Source: a virus
Taxonomy: Duplodnaviria; Caudoviricetes
IMG/VR virus record: IMGVR_UViG_3300030119_000989
Coordinates: 1 to 54,711 of that record
Direction: 5' to 3' (one strand)
DNA length: 54,711 bases
Positions 18,579 through 26,249 of this stretch are shown piece after piece (positions within the stretch are counted from its first letter, which is position 1; every line of letters starts with the position of its first letter). Both the position numbers and the translations under genes were made by a program. The notes under the pieces are model-generated. The model saw nothing but the letters and a program-made list of their open reading frames with translations. It was not told the origin of the DNA and searched no databases.

Positions 18579-18664
18579 TGGAGCCGGTGGGAATCGAACC
18601 CACGTTTCCAACCAGCTACCGCATGCGGTCTTTGCTGGCGGTCGAAACCAACACGTTCGGCCCC
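18579..18664 (-). ncRNA. tmRNA-like mini RNA (tRNA-like domain only)
   Basis: GGGGCCG/CGGCTCC-A acceptor stem with G3:U70; unpaired D-region ending GGTTTCGAC; T-arm GTGGG-TTCGATT-CCCAC; no tag ORF. Confidence 0.8.
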
Positions 18665-18672
18665 GCGTTCAA

Positions 18673-19272
18673 TCAAATAGCGTTGGCCATCCGTGGCCCT
18701 TGAAGCGTCAATGCCTTACGCCGTTGTGTTTTGTTATGTGCGATTTCTGTGGCAATCTGTACAACCTGGTCAACAGCACCGTTGATCTCGGTTCGCAGTC
18801 GCATGGCTATCGCTTGCTCGCTCGAACTGATTTCACCATCTTCGACCGCATCAACGATGTGACGCACAGTGCGGTTGACTGCATCAAGTAATCGCATGGC
18901 CGCTTCACGCTCGTCTTTGGCGTCAACAATGCCGTTGCCATCCAGATCGGTTTCAATTTTTCGCTTAGGCAATACAGTGACAGCCCAACCATTGAGGAGC
19001 GTCTGAATCACCGGTAACTGCAAATCAGATGGCAGGCGGTCAATGATGTACCAGAGTGTGCTGAACATCTGATCCTCTGGCGTTGGCGTTTCGTCACTGA
19101 GCATCCTGGCCACGGTTGAACGGCTTACGCCCGGCTCGGTGTAAAGCTGCTTTGCAGGCAGGTTGCCAGACTCAACGGCGTCACGGACCTGGGCGTGGAT
19201 CGCTGCCAGAATCCGACTGGCTTTGTCACCGGCGTGATGGTTTGTGTGTCGTGTGTCATTCATGGTCATCAT
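18673..19272 (-). CDS. CII-like phage regulatory protein
   Basis: N-terminal HTH-like GVSRSTVARML; C-terminal AVEDGEISSSE typical of P2/186-type CII; early-operon position. Confidence 0.55.
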   Translation of the reverse strand: MMTMNDTRHTNHHAGDKASRILAAIHAQVRDAVESGNLPAKQLYTEPGVSRSTVARMLSDETPTPEDQMFSTLWYIIDRLPSDLQLPVIQTLLNGWAVTVLPKRKIETDLDGNGIVDAKDEREAAMRLLDAVNRTVRHIVDAVEDGEISSSEQAIAMRLRTEINGAVDQVVQIATEIAHNKTQRRKALTLQGPRMANAI

Positions 19273-19305
19273 CCGTGGGTTAGAGTGTTTGGTATGAAAA
19301 ATGGA

Positions 19306-19605
19306 TTACATCGAAATAGCGTTGTGCCGGAGCATCCAGCGAACCTTTTTGTGATTGGTGCAGATTTGCAGGTGTTTAGGCTTGCCGTTGTTGCTGGATC
19401 GCAAGTCAGCCACTGCCTTATCAACCTGCCTGCGAATCTGGCGAGTCACTTTGCGTGGCTTTGGATTGGATTCAAAAGACCGGCTGTCGGAGAACCAGAC
19501 CTTAGGATGCTTGCGAATGGATAAGCGAAATCGCCGTCCTTGATTCGCCATCTCGGCAAACATCTGAAAGAACTGCAATGATTTTTTCTGTTTTTCCATG
19601 TTCAT
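19306..19605 (-). CDS. Basic hypothetical protein
   Basis: K/R-rich ORF in operon orientation. Confidence 0.45.
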   Translation of the reverse strand: MNMEKQKKSLQFFQMFAEMANQGRRFRLSIRKHPKVWFSDSRSFESNPKPRKVTRQIRRQVDKAVADLRSSNNGKPKHLQICTNHKKVRWMLRHNAISM

Positions 19606-19739
19606 GCTCGCTACGGTTTGAAGTTAAAAAATTCAGGTCGGACGCAGTAGGTTTAGGGGTTCGCCCGACCTGCGGAGGGGGTTTGGAAAACACCGGCACG
19701 GCTCGTTAGAACACGCACAGCCGTACCGGCGAAGGTAAT

Positions 19740-19970
19740 TCATGTTGGTTGGGTAGCGGAAGGCATGGGGGCGGCAGTGACGCCAACCCCCTGCCCTTCC
19801 GGGGCCTGTGTAGCGACGGGGCCGAGTTGGCCACCCATCGCGTGGAATGTCTGAATGATGCGGACAAGAGTTCGTCCGGCCTGCTTGTCATCGACTTGGC
19901 GTTGATAATGCTCAACGATCGCAATCGCGGGCTTGTCAGTCAGTCGAATGGCGTCAAGATTGTTCGTCAT
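19740..19970 (-). CDS. First early gene (cro position), hypothetical
   Basis: Divergent from cI; AGGAG RBS. Confidence 0.55.
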   Translation of the reverse strand: MTNNLDAIRLTDKPAIAIVEHYQRQVDDKQAGRTLVRIIQTFHAMGGQLGPVATQAPEGQGVGVTAAPMPSATQPT

Positions 19971-19995
19971 TGGATTGGCTCCTGTGTTGATGTAA

Positions 19996-20024
19996 AGTTT
20001 ATGTCAAGTTTCTTGCTATTTCAA
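19996..20024 (-). promoter_or_regulatory. Early (PR-like) sigma70 promoter
   Basis: TTGAAA-N17-TAAACT on the minus strand in the AT-rich divergent region. Confidence 0.6.
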
Positions 20025-20067
20025 TACATTTTGACAGAAAATGTGAAATTTTAATACCTATTCTTTG

Positions 20068-20096
20068 CTTACAAATGCATAAAACTTGTCTAAAAT
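20068..20096 (+). promoter_or_regulatory. Repressor (PRM-like) promoter, probably leaderless
   Basis: CTTACA-N17-TAAAAT, six nt before the cI ATG; no SD. Confidence 0.5.
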
Positions 20097-20102
20097 CATA
20101 CA

Positions 20103-20753
20103 ATGCATGAACTTGGTGAAATAATTAAAAAGGCTCGCACGAACCTTGGAATGAGCCAAGAAAAGCTTGCAAGTGAAGCCAGCGTTTCTCGTGTCAGTAT
20201 TCAGAGCATTGAAACTGGCAAGACTGGAACGCCTCATGCAGCAACACTGATCGCCATCGCCCGTGCTCTAGGCTTCAACACATGGGGTGAGGTCATTGCG
20301 TCAGTCACGCAACCACCCGCCCCCAACGGTCATCACGGGCAAATTCCAATCCTGTCTCAAATTCCGGCAAGCTGGGGGAGCGATTTTGAAGTGAACGGTG
20401 CGTACAACTATGAAGAAGCTTTAAGCTATCTGCCAATGCTTCCAGGCGTTGAAGATATTCGTGCATTTGGACTGGTTGTAACGGGCGATTCGATGATGCC
20501 GCGTTACCAGGAAGGTGAAGTGGTTGTCTGCTCCCCTTCTGAATGGCACAACCAAGGATTCGAAGATGGCCGACGTTACGCAATTCGTTTTACAGAAGAT
20601 TCAGGTGGTGGCACTACCATCAAGCGCGTGCACCGCGTGGATGATGATCACATCGACCTGATTCCCGAGAATGACCGTCACCCCACCAGGCGAGTTAAAG
20701 ACGCTGATGTTGTCTTGGCCGCTGTTGTTGTGGGTCGGTATGTGAAGGAATGA
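20103..20753 (+). CDS. CI-like repressor (XRE HTH + S24 peptidase)
   Basis: HTH GMSQEKLA..ASVSRVSIQSIETGK; VTGDSMMP (Ser) and TIKR (Lys). Confidence 0.93.
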   Translation: MHELGEIIKKARTNLGMSQEKLASEASVSRVSIQSIETGKTGTPHAATLIAIARALGFNTWGEVIASVTQPPAPNGHHGQIPILSQIPASWGSDFEVNGAYNYEEALSYLPMLPGVEDIRAFGLVVTGDSMMPRYQEGEVVVCSPSEWHNQGFEDGRRYAIRFTEDSGGGTTIKRVHRVDDDHIDLIPENDRHPTRRVKDADVVLAAVVVGRYVKE

Positions 20754-20777
20754 TTTAACTGCTTTAAAGGGGGGAAA

Positions 20778-21575
20778 ATGCCCGCACCTAAAAAGATTTC
20801 AGAAACCATCCTATCTGCCATGAAGCAGATGCAGCCTGTCATTGAGCAACAAAAGACAAGGGACATATCCGAAGCTGACACTGTCACATTGATCAAAGAT
20901 GTGATGTCTGAGGCATTGGGATACGACAAGTATCTTGACCTGACGGGTGAGTATGCCATTCGAGGCACATATTGTGACCTTGCCGTTAAATTCGACGATA
21001 AAAGCAAAATCTCAATCATCATCGAAGTTAAAGCAATCGGTATAACGCTTGATGACAAACACATTAAACAAGCTGTTGATTACGCTGCCAACGAGGGAGT
21101 TGAATGGGTCATTCTGACCAATGCTGTTGAATGGCGCTTGTATCGTGTCGTGTTTGCCAAGCCGATTGATCACAACATTGTTCACAGATTCGATACGCTC
21201 GAACTGGACTTCAAGAAATCCGATTCTGCTGAGGCTTTGTACCCAATCTGCAAACATGCCTTCCAAAAAGGTGTTCCCGAGAAGATGCTTGACCTGCAAA
21301 AAGCAACCAGTAGATTCATGATCGCTGCACTGCTACTCAACAGCGATAACGTTCTGACTGCGATAAGAAGGGATCTCAAACGCGTTGTTGAGGTCAATGT
21401 CGACGAAGACACACTGGCTGACATCCTCAAAAATGAAGTCATTAAACGCGATGCCCTTGAAGGGAAAGATGCAACTGACGCTGCAAAATTGGTTGACAAA
21501 CGCAGTGGACGCAAACTCAGAAAGGTTGAATCCAAGCCAGCCCCAGAATCTACCCCACCCACCTCTCAACCTTAA
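20778..21575 (+). CDS. HsdR N-terminal-type PD-(D/E)XK nuclease domain protein
   Basis: EADT...EY....CDLAV....IIIEVKA...QAVDYA.....WVILTNA; no helicase domain and no adjacent HsdM/HsdS. Confidence 0.82.
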   Translation: MPAPKKISETILSAMKQMQPVIEQQKTRDISEADTVTLIKDVMSEALGYDKYLDLTGEYAIRGTYCDLAVKFDDKSKISIIIEVKAIGITLDDKHIKQAVDYAANEGVEWVILTNAVEWRLYRVVFAKPIDHNIVHRFDTLELDFKKSDSAEALYPICKHAFQKGVPEKMLDLQKATSRFMIAALLLNSDNVLTAIRRDLKRVVEVNVDEDTLADILKNEVIKRDALEGKDATDAAKLVDKRSGRKLRKVESKPAPESTPPTSQP

Positions 21576-21975
21576 TCACCGGGATAGGCGGCAGTTTCGG
21601 CCCCATCTCTTTGACCTCCAACAACTCAATCGCACTCTCACCCCCCTTGCGAACCCATGTGCTCATGAACTGTAAACACACAGCAGCAAACCTGTCACAC
21701 TGCTGTTCCTCGTCCGATTCAAGCTTGCCGAAGTGATGACACCAGGCGTGCCAATACTCGTGAAGCACAATCTCAAGCCATCGCCTACGGCTGGCCTGAT
21801 CACTGATGTAAATCTCCCGATCGTCGAAGTTGATTAGGCCATCCACTGATTGGCCCGTCTCAGGATGTTTCAGATTTTTTACAACCAATACACGATACGA
21901 AAATGGACCGGCAAATAATTCCACGTCCCCGAACTCCCTTCTCCTGGGCCCCCATTGCCACATCAACACGGGCAC
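21550..21975 (-). CDS. HEXXH metallopeptidase-like (ImmA/IrrE-like) protein
   Basis: GLI......IYI........IVLHEYWHA......EEQQCD. Confidence 0.7.
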   Translation of the reverse strand: MPVLMWQWGPRRREFGDVELFAGPFSYRVLVVKNLKHPETGQSVDGLINFDDREIYISDQASRRRWLEIVLHEYWHAWCHHFGKLESDEEQQCDRFAAVCLQFMSTWVRKGGESAIELLEVKEMGPKLPPIPVIKVERWVG

Positions 21976-22476
21976 TAAAATTACCCTAACAACAGTTTCA
22001 TGATTTGAGACGGCTTGTCAAGATTTTTTGATCGCAGTTATGAAATATGACACGACCGGGACAGGCTTATCAATCTGCATGACGCGCAAATTTGAACAAA
22101 TTCAGATTTCGGAGCCCAATTTCGTCGCATCACACCTCAGTCCAACCGAATCGTGACGCAGCAAGGCCATGATATTGACCTGGTCGGATGGCTTTTTCCC
22201 ATTCTATATAGATGCACTGCTGAATCCCGAAAATCGCCCCTGGTTCGACTGTGCGGCGTTCCAGCAAAATGCGACTAACGTCCCGTCCTGTAAACCCGGC
22301 TCAAACAGGCGGCAAATGGGCTGGCAAAGCGGGCAAGTCGAGCGTGCCGGCAGATTGTCACCGCAAATCTCAGAATTCGGTCGTCGAAAATCGAGCCTGA
22401 TTTTCCCCCTCTCCCTGCACCCTCTCCCCCCGAAAGATGAGAGAAGAAAGAGAGAAAGATAGAAGACGTCATAGGG

Positions 22477-22536
22477 ACCTTTAAACCCACCTTTGGAACG
22501 ACCTTTGAGAGCACCTTTGGGAACACCTTTAAACGT
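22477..22536. repeat. Five tandem 12-bp ACCTTT-N6 units, iteron-like
   Basis: ACCTTTAAACCC ACCTTTGGAACG ACCTTTGAGAGC ACCTTTGGGAAC ACCTTTAAACGT, next to a purine tract at about 22434-22466. Confidence 0.8.
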
Positions 22537-22692
22537 GGGACATATTGACGCACCTACATATAGCGCAAATATTGTCCAAGTCAGATGACGGATGATGATG
22601 ATTTTTGTTCTTGATTTTGCTGTTGATCATCTGTGGAAAAATTGGCTTTTATGTCTCGCGCGTGAGCCACATAAGGTGCATACAATCATGGG

Positions 22693-23223
22693 ATGCCAAA
22701 GACCACACGCAAACCGGGACCAGTCACTGTCAACGCTGACCGTTGGGGCATCGGAGAAGATGGCGAACCGTCGATCCGGCTGATCCCGCGCTCGGGGTCT
22801 GATCCTGACCGACGCGATGAGATCAACCAGGACTTGTCGGATCGGATCAATGAGGCGTCTGCCCAGTTGCTGCTGTGGGAGCGTCAGTTGATGCGGCTGC
22901 GTGGATCCACGTCATACGCCGATCAAATGTTGGCCATGTCGCTGACGGTGCAGCACGCCGATTTGATCGGCAAGGTGTATCAGATGGAGGAAGACCTGTT
23001 CACCGGCTTGATCGCAGCACTGCAGGAAGCCAGTGCCAATGCACCTGAGTACCCTGGGCTCTATGATGACACACCGGAGCAGAAAGACATGTTGTACGGT
23101 GAGCGGTCGAAGCTGACTTATGAACCACCAAAACAGCCGGATCTTTATCAGGATGTCCACCACCCCAAGCACATCGAATGGTTGGATCAGATAGATGATA
23201 TTGAGTATGGCGACGAATATTGA
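22693..23223 (+). CDS. Hypothetical protein
   Basis: 176-aa ORF; TACAAT box just upstream. Confidence 0.65.
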   Translation: MPKTTRKPGPVTVNADRWGIGEDGEPSIRLIPRSGSDPDRRDEINQDLSDRINEASAQLLLWERQLMRLRGSTSYADQMLAMSLTVQHADLIGKVYQMEEDLFTGLIAALQEASANAPEYPGLYDDTPEQKDMLYGERSKLTYEPPKQPDLYQDVHHPKHIEWLDQIDDIEYGDEY

Positions 23224-23335
23224 TCCCTACACCCAACATCCTGTAGACACGATGACGCATCTGCCGATATAGTGTGCATATCGATACCGACGCTGGTTAT
23301 GGGTAGGCCATCGTCCAAAGAAGCACGCCAAAATC

Positions 23336-23911
23336 ATGCCATCGTCACCACGCAGCCAAGCCAAAGGCTGTGAATCCACCCATTTCAGCCCCGACGACGA
23401 AGCACGCATCTGCGACGAAAATCTCGCATGGGCCGAAAATCTGCTGCGCAAGCATTATGGCAAGCGTGCGGTCGAATGGGCGGGTGAGGGACTTCTAGCT
23501 GCATGCAGAGCCTACGATCCTGACCGCGGAGATTCGTTCCGGGGATTTGCTGCAACCGTGACCCTGCGCACGGCCGCACATGGTCTTCGGCAGATGTACG
23601 GAGCACCTGATACAGCCAAAAACCAGGCGCTCAGCCAATCTGTCACGTATCAAGAATTCGACCAACCGGCCCAGCGGACCGAATTGGCCGCCCCGGATAT
23701 CTCCCCCACCGAATTTGATCCTGACCAGGCCGACGAATTTATTGCTGTCCTTGAGTTCATTGACTGCCAGCCGGCCAGGAACCGCCTGATCGGTCTTGGC
23801 GCCATCCTGACCGGTCTGACACCCACTCAACTATCTGAGGTCATCCATATTGACAAACGAGAGGTTAAATCCAAACTCGATCGTCTTCGGCGACTTGTAT
23901 CAGCTGCTTGA
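23336..23911 (+). CDS. Sigma70-family (FliA/WhiG-like) sigma-factor-like protein
   Basis: Region 2-like ENL.WA...EGLLAACRAYDPDRGDSFRGFA; region 4-like GLTPTQLSEVIHIDKREVKSKL. Confidence 0.75.
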   Translation: MPSSPRSQAKGCESTHFSPDDEARICDENLAWAENLLRKHYGKRAVEWAGEGLLAACRAYDPDRGDSFRGFAATVTLRTAAHGLRQMYGAPDTAKNQALSQSVTYQEFDQPAQRTELAAPDISPTEFDPDQADEFIAVLEFIDCQPARNRLIGLGAILTGLTPTQLSEVIHIDKREVKSKLDRLRRLVSAA

Positions 23912-24446
23912 TGCGGTGATGTTGACTGGCGCCGAAATGTCCATGGGCAAAGGCAACTCCAGACTCGCGCGCATCAGCATCACACGCCGGCACGATCACT
24001 GGCGACTGCTGTATTGGTACATGGTCATCCTTCAGCAGCATGGTATTGAGATGCGCATTCGTGGCTATCGCTCGGCAGTGCGCACGGGTTCCATCACGTT
24101 CTCGAGCCTCCATCAACCGCTCATGGTCCGGGCCTATCGGCGCTGGTACAGATCAGTGGGCAAGCAGCTACCGTTGGATCTGCTGATCAACAAGCCCACC
24201 TTGTGCATCCTGCTTGCAGGTGCCTTGAGGCGATGGTCCAGGGGAAGCCAGAAGTCCAATCAAATCATCATCCCAACACCGCCCTGCCACCTGATGAGTC
24301 TGGGCAGCTTAACCAGCCAGGTGCGGGAGCACGTTCCCGTCGTGTCCTCGTGCATGCTCAGTCGCAGCGGGAGGATCCGCGTGCCAGCAGATGCGGCAAT
24401 GGCGTTTGTAGACGGCGCGGTGCCGCAGAGTATTTGGAGATATTGA
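23850..24446 (+). CDS. Degenerate LAGLIDADG-fold protein (start uncertain)
   Basis: Overall LAGLIDADG_2-like pattern (SITFSSLHQP....YRRWY...KQLP.DLLI...TLCIL), but both acidic catalytic motifs are replaced (MLTGA, LLAGA). Confidence 0.55.
   Translation: MTNERLNPNSIVFGDLYQLLDAVMLTGAEMSMGKGNSRLARISITRRHDHWRLLYWYMVILQQHGIEMRIRGYRSAVRTGSITFSSLHQPLMVRAYRRWYRSVGKQLPLDLLINKPTLCILLAGALRRWSRGSQKSNQIIIPTPPCHLMSLGSLTSQVREHVPVVSSCMLSRSGRIRVPADAAMAFVDGAVPQSIWRY
24274..24317 (+). promoter_or_regulatory. Putative late promoter motif, copy 1
   Basis: CAAC-ACCGCC-N26-TAACCAGC upstream of the LamG gene. Confidence 0.65.
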
Positions 24447-24495
24447 TGGCATATTTAGTAGCCAATCAAAGTACTTGCCTGACAGGGGGTGGTGC

Positions 24496-25257
24496 ATGAC
24501 ATTTTCCGCAGATTTAGGTATTCAGGCGGGGGTCATGTACGCAGCAGGCTCCGGTCCGGTCACGCCTCCGTTTACCTGGCTTTGTTGGGTAGAGAGAGTT
24601 GATGGTTATGAATCTAACACGTTGGTGGCACACGATGCCACCGCTGGCAACGTCATATCTCTGTACATTTACAGCGATGGCAAGTTTGCCCCATCAATTG
24701 CATCATCTGGAGGCGCGCTGGAACTGACAGATCCAGCGGCGTACATTGGTACTGGTTGGCAGCAGATTGCATTTACATGGGCTGCAAACGGTGACGTAGC
24801 ATCGTATGTTGGAGCCACACAAGTTGCGACAGCCAACACATCGCTTGAGCCCGTGGTCAATAACGAATTGATCATCGGCGGTTTTAACTTTGGCGGCGGC
24901 TTTTTTTTCCCAAGCGCAACTTGCAAGGTGTCGCTGCCCGCGCAATGGACACGTGTCCTCACCCCCGCCGAAATCGCCACCCTTGCAGCAGGTGGACCAC
25001 CTGACACCATCTCAACCGGCTTGGCCAGGTACTGGGAAAATCTGACAGGTGCCGGACCGCATGCTCCCAGAGTTGGTTCAGGCAATCTGGTCGAATATGG
25101 CACTGTGACCGACGCCGCGTCCGACCCGCCGGTAACCTTAGGTGGCGGCCCGACTGAACCATCATCCCCAATCCTTTGTCCTTTCAATTCGCGCATCATC
25201 GACGCGGGGCATCATGGGCGGTCAAGGATTATTTCAAGATCGAGGTTAATCGCATGA
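24496..25257 (+). CDS. LamG/concanavalin A-like virion protein
   Basis: FTWLCWV, GWQQIAFTW......YV, WTRVLTPAEIATLA. Confidence 0.75.
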   Translation: MTFSADLGIQAGVMYAAGSGPVTPPFTWLCWVERVDGYESNTLVAHDATAGNVISLYIYSDGKFAPSIASSGGALELTDPAAYIGTGWQQIAFTWAANGDVASYVGATQVATANTSLEPVVNNELIIGGFNFGGGFFFPSATCKVSLPAQWTRVLTPAEIATLAAGGPPDTISTGLARYWENLTGAGPHAPRVGSGNLVEYGTVTDAASDPPVTLGGGPTEPSSPILCPFNSRIIDAGHHGRSRIISRSRLIA

Positions 25258-25796
25258 GCTACCAACCTGGCGACATGGTGACCGGCAGATTCTTTGCACG
25301 CCACACGGACACTGGCGCATTGACCGATGCGGATAGCCTGCCCACCGCAGCGATCTATCTCAACGGCACGGTCGCTGGTTCTGTCACAGTGACCATCACC
25401 AATATCACAACCGGCATCTACACCTATTCATTCACCTTACCCGCTGATTGGTCTCGCGGAGACCACATTCAATGCGAGGTATCAGCCACCGTGGACAGCA
25501 CAAGTGATATCGGCACGGTCATCGAATTCACACTCGAATCCGCGCTGGGCCTGGAGTTCACCGTTGACGATACATCGATCACGCCCACCACCACGTACTG
25601 CGCATTGAATGACGGGCCTGCTGGTGATGATGTTTTAAACGGTCGATTCCTGGTCTTTAGCAGTGGTGCAAACAAGGGGCTTGCACTACCAATCTCTGAC
25701 TACAACGGCACCACGAAACAAGTCAACTTTGCAACCGCATGGCCCACCGCACCGGTCGATGGTGATCAGTGTGAGGTCATTGGTCTGACCGTCTGA
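25254..25796 (+). CDS. Putative virion structural protein
   Basis: T-rich beta-type protein; ATGA-coupled to the LamG gene. Confidence 0.6.
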   Translation: MSYQPGDMVTGRFFARHTDTGALTDADSLPTAAIYLNGTVAGSVTVTITNITTGIYTYSFTLPADWSRGDHIQCEVSATVDSTSDIGTVIEFTLESALGLEFTVDDTSITPTTTYCALNDGPAGDDVLNGRFLVFSSGANKGLALPISDYNGTTKQVNFATAWPTAPVDGDQCEVIGLTV

Positions 25797-25828
25797 TCAT
25801 CGAACTACAACCTCAAGGAAACACTGAT

Positions 25829-26236
25829 ATGACACTTTCGAACTATGCTGAAGACGCAATCCTCAACGCCCTATTTGGCAAAACCAGTGATTTTGGTGCA
25901 TTGGGTTCTGCTCCAAGCATGTACGTCGGACTTTCAACGGCTGATCCTGGCGAAGACGGATCGAGCGATGCGCCTCCATCTGGTGACGGCTATGCCCGTG
26001 TGAGCACCGCGGCCAGCGATTGGAACGCAGCATCTTCTGGCAGCCTTGACAACGCCAACATTATTCAATTCCCAGAAGCAACTGGATCATGGGGGACTAT
26101 CACGCACTTCACGATCTATGACGCTCCAACTGGTGGGAACTTGATATTTTCAGGCGCTCTTGACACGCCTAAAGCATTCATTTCTGGCGACACGCCTTTA
26201 TTCGCCGCGGGTGACCTGAGTTTCACTGCAAATTAA
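25829..26236 (+). CDS. Phage tail-fibre-associated small protein
   Basis: SNYAEDAILN...YVGLSTADP...YARV...FPEATGSWGTITHFTIYDAPTGGN, a widespread phage structural pattern. Confidence 0.75.
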   Translation: MTLSNYAEDAILNALFGKTSDFGALGSAPSMYVGLSTADPGEDGSSDAPPSGDGYARVSTAASDWNAASSGSLDNANIIQFPEATGSWGTITHFTIYDAPTGGNLIFSGALDTPKAFISGDTPLFAAGDLSFTAN

Positions 26237-26249
26237 TCTAATGTGACAT

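Noticed and set aside
18579-18664. Ordinary tRNA-Ala or full-length tmRNA
   Set aside because: No D-stem or 7-nt anticodon loop with an Ala anticodon, and far too short to hold a tag ORF and pseudoknots.
22477-22536. CRISPR array
   Set aside because: Repeat and spacer are only 6 nt each, and there are no cas genes.
23850-24446. Active homing endonuclease, intron or intein
   Set aside because: Catalytic acidic residues are missing and no interrupted host gene or splicing motifs flank it.
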